Source: Dehalococcoidia bacterium
Lineage (GTDB): Bacteria > Chloroflexota > Dehalococcoidia > Bin125
Length of the DNA: 64,000 nt
Assembly: GCA_963663895.2 (NCBI GenBank)
Contig: CAXXRD010000002.1
Span: forward strand, 128,001-192,000
Reading direction: 5' to 3'
Every line of letters begins with the position of its first letter. The first letter of the stretch is position 1. The notes beneath the pieces were generated by a model. The model ran no database searches. It saw nothing but the letters and a program-made list of their open reading frames with translations, and was not told the origin of the DNA. A program made the position numbers and the translations under genes. Positions 19,889-30,157 of this stretch are shown here, piece by piece.

Positions 19889-20407
19889 GTGATCCGCAGC
19901 TATAAGGGTAAGACTCCGCGCATTGCGGAAGATGCGTTCGTCAGCGAAGCGGCCTACGTCGTGGGAGATGTCGAGATCGGCGCCGGCTCATCGGTCTGGC
20001 CCGGCGCGGTCGTGCGCGCCGACTTCGCACCGATCCGAATCGGCAGCAACACGCACATCGAGGACAACTCGACGCTGCACCAGGGCGATCCGATCGACGT
20101 CGGTGACAACGTGACGATCGGGCACAACGTCGTCGTGCACTGCCGACGGATCGGCCACGACACGCTGATCGCCAATCACGCCACACTGCTGGATCGCGCG
20201 GAAGTCGGCGCGGGTTGCGTGGTCGCGGCGGGAGCCGTGCTCCGGCCCGACACCAAGGTGCCCGACGGCTCCTTCGTCGCCGGGGTGCCGGCAACGGTGC
20301 GGCCCTTGAGCGAGTCACAGCGGACGCTGGCGCACGACTTCGGCAGCACCTACCGGGAGCTGGCCGACAGCTTCCGTGCCGAGGGACTGGGCGACCCCCT
20401 CCCCTAG
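19889..20407 (+). CDS. Gamma carbonic anhydrase family protein
   Basis: Hexapeptide repeats, R.D...IRIG..T.IEDN..LH, VTIGH..VVH. Confidence 0.9.
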   Translation: MIRSYKGKTPRIAEDAFVSEAAYVVGDVEIGAGSSVWPGAVVRADFAPIRIGSNTHIEDNSTLHQGDPIDVGDNVTIGHNVVVHCRRIGHDTLIANHATLLDRAEVGAGCVVAAGAVLRPDTKVPDGSFVAGVPATVRPLSESQRTLAHDFGSTYRELADSFRAEGLGDPLP

Positions 20408-20450
20408 CAGCCGGCCTTCGCAGCGGCGACGGACCGCTTAGAATCAGACC

Positions 20451-21014
20451 ATGCCGCACTACACGCGCCAAGGGGATGACGGCACCACGACTCTCTTTGG
20501 AGGCGGGCGCGTGCCCAAGCACCATCCCCAGCCGGAAACGCTCGGCGCCATCGATGAAGCGTCGAGTGTCCTGGGCTTGGCGCGCGCACTGGCCGCCGCG
20601 CCCAAGACCAACGCTTTCGTGAAGGAATTTCAGCAGCGCCTCTACCTAATCATGGCGGAGCTGGCGGTGACGGAGGGAAAAGACGTACCGCAGGAGTTCG
20701 TCACCACAGCGGCCGCCACCGATCGCCTGGAAGCGATCGCCGCTGAATTGGAGGCCGCAGTCCCACCGCCCGCAGCGTTCGTGATCCCCGGCGAGACGCC
20801 GGCAGCCGGCGCGCTCGACGTCGCGCGGACGGCTGTCCGGCGCGCCGAGCGCCAGGTGAGCCGCCTGCGCGATTCGGGACACGCCGTGAACCCCGCGATC
20901 CTGCGCTATCTCAACCGCGCCTCGTCGGTCTTGTACGATCTGGCGCGCTACGAGGAGCACCACGCCGGGCAGGCCGCGCCGCGCGCGACGCGGCAAGGTA
21001 CCGTCGACGGTTGA
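20451..21014 (+). CDS. PduO-type ATP:cob(I)alamin adenosyltransferase
   Basis: YTRQGDDGTT, G.IDE, RTAVRRAER, YLNR.S. Confidence 0.92.
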   Translation: MPHYTRQGDDGTTTLFGGGRVPKHHPQPETLGAIDEASSVLGLARALAAAPKTNAFVKEFQQRLYLIMAELAVTEGKDVPQEFVTTAAATDRLEAIAAELEAAVPPPAAFVIPGETPAAGALDVARTAVRRAERQVSRLRDSGHAVNPAILRYLNRASSVLYDLARYEEHHAGQAAPRATRQGTVDG

Positions 21015-22240
21015 CCTCCACGATGCGCGCCACAACGCTCGCCTATGTCGCGGACGACGGTACGCTCACACTGCGTCCGATCGACGAGCACGGCGTCGAC
21101 GATCCCGTCGGCATCGCAGCGGGCAGCGACCGCGAGCGGCTCGTGGGGCCCACTTGGTCCCCGACCGGCGCGCTTGCCGTAAGCCGTACGGGCCGCGACG
21201 CGGAGAAAGCGCCGACAGGCGAGTTCCAGCTCCACACAGCGCAGCAGCGGAGCGGACGTCTGCTGTTTCGGAACCCTCCCAACGCGCCCACCGTCATGGC
21301 GCCGGGCGTCGCGCACTACGCCGCCTGGTCCCACGACGGGCGCCGCGTCGCGCTGGTCGCACCCGGCGCGGAGCAGTTGCAGCTGTATCTCCTGGAGCCG
21401 AGTCTGGCGGATCCGGAGGTGCCGCCCCGACCGTTGCTCAGCGGCGCCCCGATGTTTTTCGCCTGGTCACCCGACGACCGGCTCTTAGCAATCCACTGCG
21501 GCAATGACTTGCTCTTGATCGACGCCGCGGCCGTCGAAGCAGGAGCCGAACCCGACGAAGCCCGTCACCCCCTCATCTCCGACGTCCCCACCTACCGCGC
21601 GCCCAGCTGGACTGTGGACGGAGCGAGCATCATCTACGCGGCGCCGCGCGCGCAGGCGGGCAACACACTCTGGACGGTACGCCGCGACGGAAGCGACCGT
21701 GGCGCCATCGCCGATCTGGACGGCGTCACCGCGCTCTCGCGCGCACCGGCCCGGGACCTCTTAGCACTCGTGACGCTCAGTCCCGCCGTGGCGGCCGGAC
21801 ATGACCTGCGGCTGTTGGACCTGCAAGCCGAGACCATCGACCCGATCGAGACGGGGCCCGTGACGGCGGCGTTCTGGGCGCCGGACGGGAGCGCGCTCTA
21901 CTACTTCGTGCCCTCCAGCGAGGACGGAGAATACGTGCTGCGCCGGTGGAGGCTGGCTGACCGGTCGAGACAGTGGCTGACCCGCTTCCGTCCCAGCGCG
22001 CACTTCCTGACGCTCCTGAGCTTCTACGACCAGTACGCACACTCACACCACCTGCTATCGCCGGACGGACGCTGGCTGACGCTAGGAGGCATCGTCCCGA
22101 GTAACGGCGCCGGCGGACGGTTGGGATTCGCGACACAGCCCGGCTGTTACATCCTACCGACGGACGGATCCGGGCCTCCGCAACGCATCGCGGCCGCAGA
22201 GATCGGCTTCTTCAGCCCCGTGCCCGGACTGCTAGGCTAA
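21011..22240 (+). CDS. TolB-like beta-propeller protein
   Basis: Repeated WSP.G/WSHDG/WAPDG/LSPDG blades. Confidence 0.75.
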   Translation: MTSTMRATTLAYVADDGTLTLRPIDEHGVDDPVGIAAGSDRERLVGPTWSPTGALAVSRTGRDAEKAPTGEFQLHTAQQRSGRLLFRNPPNAPTVMAPGVAHYAAWSHDGRRVALVAPGAEQLQLYLLEPSLADPEVPPRPLLSGAPMFFAWSPDDRLLAIHCGNDLLLIDAAAVEAGAEPDEARHPLISDVPTYRAPSWTVDGASIIYAAPRAQAGNTLWTVRRDGSDRGAIADLDGVTALSRAPARDLLALVTLSPAVAAGHDLRLLDLQAETIDPIETGPVTAAFWAPDGSALYYFVPSSEDGEYVLRRWRLADRSRQWLTRFRPSAHFLTLLSFYDQYAHSHHLLSPDGRWLTLGGIVPSNGAGGRLGFATQPGCYILPTDGSGPPQRIAAAEIGFFSPVPGLLG

Positions 22241-22257
22241 GGCCGACGAGGAAGATC

Positions 22258-22692
22258 ATGTCCTGTGAGGAGGCATCCGCGCGGACGCTGCGCGAGCGCG
22301 GCTTCCGGTTGACGCCGCAGCGTCGCCTGATCCTGGCGGCGCTGCGACACGCGAACGGACACAGCAGCGCGCAAGAGATCCACGACGCGGTCCAAGCCGA
22401 ATATCCAGATGTTGACGCCAGCACGGTCTACCGCACCCTCACCGCGCTCCGCGACGCCGGGCTCGTCAGCGAGACGGACCTCGGCGGCGGCGAGGCCGCA
22501 TTCGAGTGGCTCGCGGCGGAGCGGCACCACCACCTGATCTGTCAGCACTGCGGCGAAGCGACTGCGCTGAACCACCGGTATCTGCAACGGCTCGGCGATG
22601 CCCTACACGCCGATCTCGGGTTCCAGGCCAATCTCGACCACTTCGCCATCTTCGGGACCTGCGCCGCCTGCGCTGGAACTCGCCCGCACTAG
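22258..22692 (+). CDS. Fur family transcriptional regulator
   Basis: RLTPQRR, STVYRTL, HHHLICQHCG, terminal CAAC. Confidence 0.93.
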   Translation: MSCEEASARTLRERGFRLTPQRRLILAALRHANGHSSAQEIHDAVQAEYPDVDASTVYRTLTALRDAGLVSETDLGGGEAAFEWLAAERHHHLICQHCGEATALNHRYLQRLGDALHADLGFQANLDHFAIFGTCAACAGTRPH

Positions 22693-22774
22693 CCCACAGC
22701 CGCTGCGAGCGCCGTCGACGAACACGCGCGTTGGCGTTACCTTGCGCACTCATCAATCCGCTCAGGAGTGCATC

Positions 22775-23815
22775 ATCGCCGCGCCAATCCCCGCCGTCTT
22801 CCAGCGTTATCAGGCCGCCTACATCGACGAGATGCAGGCGCTGCTCGCCGCGCGCCAACTGCCGATCTACGACATGATTCGCTACCACCTGGGCTGGCAG
22901 GAAGCCAACGGGCAGCCTCGTCACGCAGGAGGAGGCAAGGGGATGCGCCCAGCACTCTGCCTGCTAACCGCGGACGCCCTGGACGGATCACCGGGCGCGC
23001 GGGCGCGCGCCTTGCCCGGGGCGGCGGCCGTCGAGTTCGTGCACAACTACAGCTTGGTCCACGACGATATTCAGGACGGTGACGAGCAACGGCACCACCG
23101 GCCGACGGTCTGGGTCCAGTGGGGCATGGGGCAAGGGATCAATGTCGGCGATGCCTTGCGCGAGCTGGCGCAATTAGCGCTGCGTCGCGCGCACGCCGCC
23201 GGCGCAGATGCCGAGACGGTGCTGGTGGCGATAGACGCACTCACGCACGCCGGGCTGGAAATGATCGAGGGACAGTACTTGGACCTGACCTTCGAGCAGC
23301 GGACGGAGGTGACGCTGTCCGAATACCTGGACATGATCGAGCGGAAGACCGGCGCCATGATCGGCTGCAGCCTGCAAATCGGGGCGCTCCTGGCAACCGG
23401 AGACCAGGCGCAAGCGGAGGGGCTGCGACGCGCAGGGAGGCGGCTGGGTCTGCTCTTCCAGATTCGCGATGATTACCTGGGGATCTGGGGAGATAGCGCG
23501 CGCACGGGGAAACCCAGCGATAACGACATCCGGCGCCGCAAGAAGTCGCTACCGGTCGTCTACACTTTCGCCAATGCGACCGCTCCGGATCGAACGGCGA
23601 TCGAGCGAGCCTACAGCCAGCGGGAACTCTCCCAGGCGGATGTGGCGACCGTGATGCGCATTGCCGCCGAGACGAACGCCGCCGAGGCAACGATCCGGCT
23701 TGCGCACCAGCAATACGATGCCTTCCTGACGGAGTTGGAGGGCTGCGGGGTACCGGCACCGGGCCGCGTCGAGCTTGTGGAGGTCGCGGATTTCTTGCTG
23801 GGCCGCGATCATTGA
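22775..23815 (+). CDS. Polyprenyl (FPP/GGPP) synthetase; start uncertain (ATC 22775 or ATG 22832)
   Basis: GKGMRP, LVHDDIQDGD..R, GQYLD, KTG, FQIRDDYLG. Confidence 0.92.
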   Translation: MAAPIPAVFQRYQAAYIDEMQALLAARQLPIYDMIRYHLGWQEANGQPRHAGGGKGMRPALCLLTADALDGSPGARARALPGAAAVEFVHNYSLVHDDIQDGDEQRHHRPTVWVQWGMGQGINVGDALRELAQLALRRAHAAGADAETVLVAIDALTHAGLEMIEGQYLDLTFEQRTEVTLSEYLDMIERKTGAMIGCSLQIGALLATGDQAQAEGLRRAGRRLGLLFQIRDDYLGIWGDSARTGKPSDNDIRRRKKSLPVVYTFANATAPDRTAIERAYSQRELSQADVATVMRIAAETNAAEATIRLAHQQYDAFLTELEGCGVPAPGRVELVEVADFLLGRDH

Positions 23816-23894
23816 GCGCGCGCGTGATGACGATGCGTTTCTGTCCATGCATTGATCATGAGGCCGCGACGCCGCGGCCAGCATGAGGAGACAC

Positions 23895-25814
23895 GTGACG
23901 ACCACCGCTCCCCCATTCATCGATTCAGCACGGCTCAGCGACACCATCGCGCGGGCGCGCGACTGGCTCCTTCACGATCAGGAGGAGGCAGGGTACTGGT
24001 GGGGCGAATTGGAGGCCAACGCCTCGATCACAGCGGAGTATCTGCTGATCACCCACCACCTCGGCATCGGCAATCCCGAGCAGTGGGCGAAGATCGCCCG
24101 CTACCTGCGGCACCACCAACAGCCCCAAGGCTACTGGTCGCAGTGGTGGGGCGGGCCGGGGGAGCTGAGCACGTCGATCGAGGTGTACTTCGCGCTCAAG
24201 CTCGCGGGCGAGGATCCATCGGCACCGCATATGGTGCGCGCCCGCGACTGGATCCTGGAACAGGGCGGCATCGCCCAGGCGCGCGTCTTCACCAAGATGT
24301 GGCTGGCGCTGTTCGATCAATTCGATTGGGACCAACTGCCCATCGTGCCCACCTGGATCAACCTGCTGCCCAGCTGGGGCCCGCTCAATGTCTATGAGCT
24401 GGCCTCGTGGTCGCGCGCCACGGTCGTGGGCCTCACGGTCGTGTTCGCATCGCGTCCCATGGCGGCGCTGCCGGCAGGGGCGGGGGTATCGGAGCTGTGG
24501 CGGCACCCCAACGAACGGCAACAGTTCGCTGTCGGGGCTCCGCGCAACCCGTTTTCTTGGGCGGGCATTTTCTACACCCTGGAAAAGGGGCTGCGCTTCC
24601 TGGAGCGCCACCACATCCGGCCGTTCCACCGGCGCGGGCTGAAGAAAGCGGAGCGGTGGCTGCTGGACCGGCAGGAGGCGGACGGCAGTTGGGGTGGAAT
24701 CCAGCCGCCGTGGGTCGTAGCGATCCTAGCGCTGCGGGTATTGGGCTACCCGCTGGATCACCCGGTCATCCAAAAGGCGCTGCATGGGTTCGAGTCGTTC
24801 ACACGCGAAGAGGACGGCATGCTCTGGACGGAGCCCTGCCTCTCCCCGGTCTGGGACACGGGCCTGGCCGCGATGGCCCTCCTCGACGCCGGCCTTCCGC
24901 GCGACCATCCCGCGTTGGTCCGTGCCGGTGAATGGCTGCTACGCGAGCAGGTGCTCGCAGGAGGCGATTGGCAGGTCAAGAATCCCGACACGCCCCCCGG
25001 CGGCTGGGCCTTCGAATTCGAGAATGATGTGTACCCCGACATCGACGACAGCGCCGTGGTGCTCATAGCGCTGGATGGAATCGCGCTGCCGGACGCGGCC
25101 GCCAAGCGGCGGGCGATCGATCGGGGCCTGCAGTGGACGCTGTCGATGCAGTGCCAAGAGGGAGGATGGGGTGCGTTCGACGTCGACAACACCAGGTACC
25201 TGCTCAGGCAGATCCCGTTCGCCGATTTCGGCGAGATGCTGGACCCGCCCACCGCGGATGTGACCGCACACGTCTTGGAGATCCTGGGACGACTAGGGTA
25301 CACCCCGGAGTTTCAGCCAGCGCGGCGCGGCCTGCGCTTCCTCTACGAACTGCAAGAGCCAGACGGCTCTTGGTGGGGGCGCTGGGGCGTCAATTACATC
25401 TACGGCTTAGGGGCGGTGCTGCCGGCGCTGGCGGCGCTGGGCGAGCCCCTGGACACGCCCCAGGTGCGGCGCGCGGTGCAGTGGTTGGACGCGCACCAGC
25501 AAGCCGACGGCGGCTGGGGCGAGGGCTGCGAAAGCTATGCCGAGCCGAGCCTCCGAGGTGCCGGACCGTCCACGCCGTCTCAGACCGCCTGGGCGCTCAT
25601 GGCGTTGATCGCGGCCGACGAGATCGAGTCGGATATGGTGGCGCGAGGCATCCACTACCTCATCGCGCGACAGCGTCCGGACGGCACCTGGGACGAACCG
25701 GAGTTCACTGGCACCGGCTTCCCGACCGATTTCATGATCAATTACCACCTGTACCGTCACTACTTTCCCTTGATGGCCTTGGGGCGCTACGTCCACGCCC
25801 TCCAAGAGCACTAG
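23895..25814 (+). CDS. shc: Squalene-hopene cyclase
   Basis: YPDIDDS (DxDD), QW repeats, SPVWDT, GRWGVNY, TGTGFP, YHLYR.YFP; GTG start behind GAGGAG. Confidence 0.97.
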   Translation: MTTTAPPFIDSARLSDTIARARDWLLHDQEEAGYWWGELEANASITAEYLLITHHLGIGNPEQWAKIARYLRHHQQPQGYWSQWWGGPGELSTSIEVYFALKLAGEDPSAPHMVRARDWILEQGGIAQARVFTKMWLALFDQFDWDQLPIVPTWINLLPSWGPLNVYELASWSRATVVGLTVVFASRPMAALPAGAGVSELWRHPNERQQFAVGAPRNPFSWAGIFYTLEKGLRFLERHHIRPFHRRGLKKAERWLLDRQEADGSWGGIQPPWVVAILALRVLGYPLDHPVIQKALHGFESFTREEDGMLWTEPCLSPVWDTGLAAMALLDAGLPRDHPALVRAGEWLLREQVLAGGDWQVKNPDTPPGGWAFEFENDVYPDIDDSAVVLIALDGIALPDAAAKRRAIDRGLQWTLSMQCQEGGWGAFDVDNTRYLLRQIPFADFGEMLDPPTADVTAHVLEILGRLGYTPEFQPARRGLRFLYELQEPDGSWWGRWGVNYIYGLGAVLPALAALGEPLDTPQVRRAVQWLDAHQQADGGWGEGCESYAEPSLRGAGPSTPSQTAWALMALIAADEIESDMVARGIHYLIARQRPDGTWDEPEFTGTGFPTDFMINYHLYRHYFPLMALGRYVHALQEH

Positions 25815-25877
25815 CGGTCCGCCACCACCGATCCGGATCACCCATCGCCTACAATCACTCGCGACGAGGGCTGCACC

Positions 25878-26807
25878 GTGGTCGCAACTGAAGCCGACAC
25901 CACGTCCGACCCGATCCAAGCCGGATACGCCCTGCGCAATCGCGACGGCCGGCCACTGGACCAGCGCGCGGCGCTGGCTTGGTGCGAGCGCTACGCCAAG
26001 CGACAGTACGAGAACTTCACCGTGGTGTCGTGGTTCCTGCCAAAGCAACGGCGCGCCGCGATGTACGGTCTGTACGCCTTCTGCCGCTTCACGGACGACC
26101 TCGGGGACGAGGCGCGCGGCGACCGCCTGGCACTCCTCGACGAGTGGGAACGCGACCTGGAGCGGGGCTTCGCCGGGGAAGGGCGCCACCCGATCATGGT
26201 GGCGCTGGGAATGATCGCGCAGCAGCGCCCGCTCTCCATCGATTCCTGCCGACGCCTGATCGAGGCGAACCGCCGCGACCAGCGGCAGACGCGCTACGAG
26301 ACCTTTCAGGACGTGCTGGAGTACTGCGAATACTCCGCCAACCCGGTGGGCCACATGGTGCTGTCGCTCTTCGACCACACGGATGAAGAGCGCCGCGCCT
26401 TCTCCGACGCCACCTGCACGGCGCTACAGCTGGCCAATCACTGGCAAGACGTGGCCCGGGACTACGCGATCGGACGACTGTATCTGCCAGGCGAGGACTT
26501 GCGTCACTTCGGAGTGAGCGAAGCGCAGATCGCCGAAGGCCGCTGCGACGACAATTTCCGCGCGCTGATGCGCTTCGAAGTGGACCGCGCCGAGACGCTG
26601 TTCCGCCGGGGGATGGGACTGGTGCCGCTGGTCGCGAAGGATCTGCGCCTCGACTTGGAGCTGTTCACCGCCGGGGGCCGGGCCGTGCTGCGCGCGATCG
26701 AAGCGCAAGGCTATGACGTCCTCTCCCATCGTCCAACGATCTCGGACTGGCAAAAGGGACGCCTCGCGTTGCACGCCGCAGCGCGGCATTGGATCGGCGG
26801 GCGCTGA
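25878..26807 (+). CDS. hpnC: Hydroxysqualene synthase HpnC
   Basis: YENFTVVS, YAFCRFTDDLGDE, YSANPVG, LQLANHWQDV. Confidence 0.93.
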   Translation: MVATEADTTSDPIQAGYALRNRDGRPLDQRAALAWCERYAKRQYENFTVVSWFLPKQRRAAMYGLYAFCRFTDDLGDEARGDRLALLDEWERDLERGFAGEGRHPIMVALGMIAQQRPLSIDSCRRLIEANRRDQRQTRYETFQDVLEYCEYSANPVGHMVLSLFDHTDEERRAFSDATCTALQLANHWQDVARDYAIGRLYLPGEDLRHFGVSEAQIAEGRCDDNFRALMRFEVDRAETLFRRGMGLVPLVAKDLRLDLELFTAGGRAVLRAIEAQGYDVLSHRPTISDWQKGRLALHAAARHWIGGR

Positions 26808-27757
26808 TGGCAACTGCGGCGCCGCCAGCCAGCCCATCCGAGACCACCGCGCCGTCCCTGGCAGAGGCATTCGATCGCTGCCAGGCCTACACCAAAGCGC
26901 GCGCCAGCAATTTCTACTACGCGTTCCTCTCGCTACCGAAGCCCAAGCGCAGCGCCATCTACGCGACCTACGCCTTCGCCGGCACGGTGGACGACATCGT
27001 CGACGCGGCCGGAGCAGGAGACGAGCAGCGGAAGGCGCTGGCAGAGGCGACCTCGTTATTGGAGGCGGCATACACAAGCGAGGCGCGCGACTGGCTCGGC
27101 CTTGCCCTGAGCAATGCGGTGACCCGTTATGCGATCCCGAAACCGTACTTCCTCGACCTGATCGCGGGCATGGAACAAGACGTACGGCAAGACCGCTACG
27201 AAACCTTCGCCGAGCTGGAGGACTACTGCTACCGCGCGGCCTCCGTGATCGGCCTGATCTGCATCGAGATCTTCGGGTATGACCGGGGGCAGCGGGACAC
27301 GGCGATCGCCGCCGCCATCGACCTGGGCAAGGCGCTGCAGCTTACGAACATCATGCGCGATTTGGTGGAAGACGCAGAACGGGGACGTGTCTATCTCGCC
27401 CAGGAGGACTTGCGCCGCTTCGGCTATAGCGAAGCCGAGCTGCGCGCCGGCATGCAGACCGACGCCTTCCGTGCCCTGATGGCGGAGTACGCGGCGCGCG
27501 CGCGCGGTTTCTACGCCAGCGGCCAACGCCTGATCCCCTTGCTCGACGGACCCCGCAGCCGCATGTGCTGCAACGGGCTGCAAGGCGTGTACCGCAGCCT
27601 GCTGCGCGAGATCGAGCAGCGCGATTACGACGTGTACAGCGAGCGGGTGCGCTTCTCCAAGAGCGCGCTGTTGGCACAGATGCTACGGCTTTGGCTGGCC
27701 GGCGCCCTCCGCAGTCGCCGCCTGCGCCTCCGGCCGCGGAGACGCGCTGCTGAGTAA
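26807..27757 (+). CDS. hpnD: Presqualene diphosphate synthase HpnD
   Basis: SNFYYAF, DDIVD, YCYRAAS, LQLTNIMRD, GRVYL. Confidence 0.92.
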   Translation: MATAAPPASPSETTAPSLAEAFDRCQAYTKARASNFYYAFLSLPKPKRSAIYATYAFAGTVDDIVDAAGAGDEQRKALAEATSLLEAAYTSEARDWLGLALSNAVTRYAIPKPYFLDLIAGMEQDVRQDRYETFAELEDYCYRAASVIGLICIEIFGYDRGQRDTAIAAAIDLGKALQLTNIMRDLVEDAERGRVYLAQEDLRRFGYSEAELRAGMQTDAFRALMAEYAARARGFYASGQRLIPLLDGPRSRMCCNGLQGVYRSLLREIEQRDYDVYSERVRFSKSALLAQMLRLWLAGALRSRRLRLRPRRRAAE

Positions 27758-27758
27758 G

Positions 27759-29102
27759 GTGAACAGCACCGAAATCGTGGTGGTGGGCGGCGGGCTGGCC
27801 GGCCTCACCGCAGCGCTGGATTTCGCGGAAGCAGGCCTCGCGACGACGCTCGTGGAAAAACGCCCGTTCGTCGGAGGCAAGACGTTCTCATTCAACAGCG
27901 ATGGCGTCGAGCTGGACAACGGCCAGCACGTCTACCTGCGCTGCTGTACCGCCTACCTCGCTCTGATCGAGCGGCTCGGGCTGGGCGACGCCGTGCACAC
28001 GCAGCCCCGCTTGCGGGTCCCCGTGCTCGATCCGGTGAGCGGGCGCACGGCGGCCATCGCGGCTGGGCCGCTGCCCGCTCCGTTGCACCTTGCAGCATCG
28101 ATCGTCCGCTACACCCACCTCTCCTGGCGCGAGAAGCTGCAGCTCGGGCGCGCCGTCATCCCGATGCTGCGATTGGACGCCGCCGATCGGCGGCGTCTCG
28201 ACGGAGAATCCTTCGGAGCTTGGCTGCGCGCGCGGGGACAGTCACAGCGCGCGATCGATCGCTTCTGGGACTTAATCATTCTCCCCACCTGCAACGACCG
28301 CTCGGAAAACGTCAGCGCGGGGCAAGCGATCATGGTGCTCCAGGTCGGTCTGCTGCGGGAGCGCCGCGCGGCCGATATCGGCTTCGCAAGGGTGGGGTTA
28401 TCGCAGATCGCAGATACGGCGCTGGCCCGATTTCAGCAGCAGGGGGGACAGGCGCTGCTGGGACGCGCGGTGCGCGGCGTGCAACGCGAAGGCGAGCGCA
28501 CCGCGGGCATCCGGTTCGCCGACGACACGGCGGTCAAGGCAGAGGCCGTGGTGCTAGCCCTGCCGCCCAATCACACACGGGCGCTGCTGCCAGACGCCTG
28601 GCGGGCCGATCCCGCATTTGCGTCGCTCGACGCGCTCTCGTACGCGCCGATTGTGAACGTGCACGTGCAGCTCGATCGCCCGGTGATGGAAGAGTGGTTC
28701 TGCGCCGTGCTGGATTCGGACGTGCAGTACGTCTTTAACCGCTCGCGCATCGCCGGGACGGACGGTAACGGGCAGTGGCTCACCTGCTCGATCAGCGGGG
28801 CGTTCCAAGCAAGCCGGCTTAAACAAGTAGATATCGCAACGAACGCGATCGCGGGGCTGCGCCGGGCGTTCCCGGCAGCGCGAGGAGCGGAAGTGCTGCG
28901 CTGGCGCGTGGTGAAAGAGCAAGAAGCGACTTTCCGGCCGCAACCGGGGATACACTCGCGACGACTGGGGGCGGAGACCCCCTACCCCAATCTGCTCTTG
29001 GCCGGCGCGTGGACCGATACGGAATGGCCGGCGACGATGGAGTCGGCGGTGCAGAGCGGCCACAACGCCGCACGGGCTTGGCTGACCAAACGCAAGGCCT
29101 AA
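27759..29102 (+). CDS. hpnE: Hydroxysqualene dehydroxylase HpnE
   Basis: GGGLAGL, DNGQH, PAPLHL, AGAWT.T.WPATMESAV.SG; follows hpnCD. Confidence 0.93.
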   Translation: MNSTEIVVVGGGLAGLTAALDFAEAGLATTLVEKRPFVGGKTFSFNSDGVELDNGQHVYLRCCTAYLALIERLGLGDAVHTQPRLRVPVLDPVSGRTAAIAAGPLPAPLHLAASIVRYTHLSWREKLQLGRAVIPMLRLDAADRRRLDGESFGAWLRARGQSQRAIDRFWDLIILPTCNDRSENVSAGQAIMVLQVGLLRERRAADIGFARVGLSQIADTALARFQQQGGQALLGRAVRGVQREGERTAGIRFADDTAVKAEAVVLALPPNHTRALLPDAWRADPAFASLDALSYAPIVNVHVQLDRPVMEEWFCAVLDSDVQYVFNRSRIAGTDGNGQWLTCSISGAFQASRLKQVDIATNAIAGLRRAFPAARGAEVLRWRVVKEQEATFRPQPGIHSRRLGAETPYPNLLLAGAWTDTEWPATMESAVQSGHNAARAWLTKRKA

Positions 29103-29614
29103 CGCAGGGCGCGCAGCCTACGCTCGGCGCGCAGAGCGTTGACCGTGCGCACAAGGGCGGGATTGGCCAGCAGGGCTTTGGAGAGCGCACCCGTGCTGAC
29201 GCCGAGGAGCGCAGCACTCTCGCTGACGGAGCAATCCATAGCAACGAAAAGGTCCAAGAGCTCCCGCACGGCAGGCCAATAGCTCGGGTTCCGCACGCCA
29301 ATCCCGCGCCCTCCCTCGGCCCGGACCAAGAGCAGGAGCAGCGGCGACGGTTGGTAGGTCTCAAGCGAATCCGGCGGACGGCGCACGTCGAGCGCGATCC
29401 GTGCCCGCAGACGCTTGAGCGCCAGCCGGCGGTTCAGGAATTGCGAGCGCCGCTCGTACGCCTGCGCGACGACGCCGGTGGATCGGTGCCGTATACGCAC
29501 TGCCGTATCGCGACGATTGCGATGCTGCCCCCCGGGTCCCGAGACGCGGAACGTCTCGACGGCGCACTGCGCCAGCAGGTCTCGGTCACTGAGGGCAAGA
29601 TAGTCGTCGGTCAC
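29099..29614 (-). CDS. Peptide chain release factor-like (GGQ) protein
   Basis: SGPGGQHRN..TAVRIRH, ERRSQ..NR..A. Confidence 0.85.
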   Translation of the reverse strand: MTDDYLALSDRDLLAQCAVETFRVSGPGGQHRNRRDTAVRIRHRSTGVVAQAYERRSQFLNRRLALKRLRARIALDVRRPPDSLETYQPSPLLLLLVRAEGGRGIGVRNPSYWPAVRELLDLFVAMDCSVSESAALLGVSTGALSKALLANPALVRTVNALRAERRLRALR

Positions 29615-29704
29615 GTCTCATCATGCTCTGCCCGCTGGCGCCATCCCGGGGCTATCATGCCGCGGGTCACCGGCGATCGGGCGCACGAGCGGAGGGTACA
29701 GTCG

Positions 29705-30091
29705 ATGGACAGGCAGCACATTGCAGGCGAGTCACCGTTCGAATCGGTCTACGGATTTTCGCGGGCCGTGCGGGTGGGAAAGACGATCTATGTATCCGGG
29801 ACGGGCGCGATCGGCCGGGATGGCAAGGTCGCCCATCCCGGCGACGCCTACGCACAGACGATCGATGTCTTTCAAAAGATTGAGGCGGTGCTGAAGGAAG
29901 CAGGGGCATCGCTCGCCGATGTGGTGCGGACCCGTGTGTTCTGCAGCGAGATCCGCGATTTTGAGGCGATCACGAGAGCGCACGGAGAACTCTTCGGGGA
30001 GATCCGGCCCGCCGCCACGCTGGTGGAGGTGAGCGGGTTCGTGCTGCCGGAGATGCTGGTAGAGATCGAAGTCGATGCGGAGATCGGCTGA
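29705..30091 (+). CDS. RidA/YjgF family protein
   Basis: GFSRAVRVG, VSGT, DVVRTR, RPAATLV, VEIEVDA. Confidence 0.92.
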   Translation: MDRQHIAGESPFESVYGFSRAVRVGKTIYVSGTGAIGRDGKVAHPGDAYAQTIDVFQKIEAVLKEAGASLADVVRTRVFCSEIRDFEAITRAHGELFGEIRPAATLVEVSGFVLPEMLVEIEVDAEIG

Positions 30092-30157
30092 TCAACGCCG
30101 CTGAACGATCGCTCGCGCACGCGGCGCGATATGCTGGCCGCAAGGAGATAGTCCATC

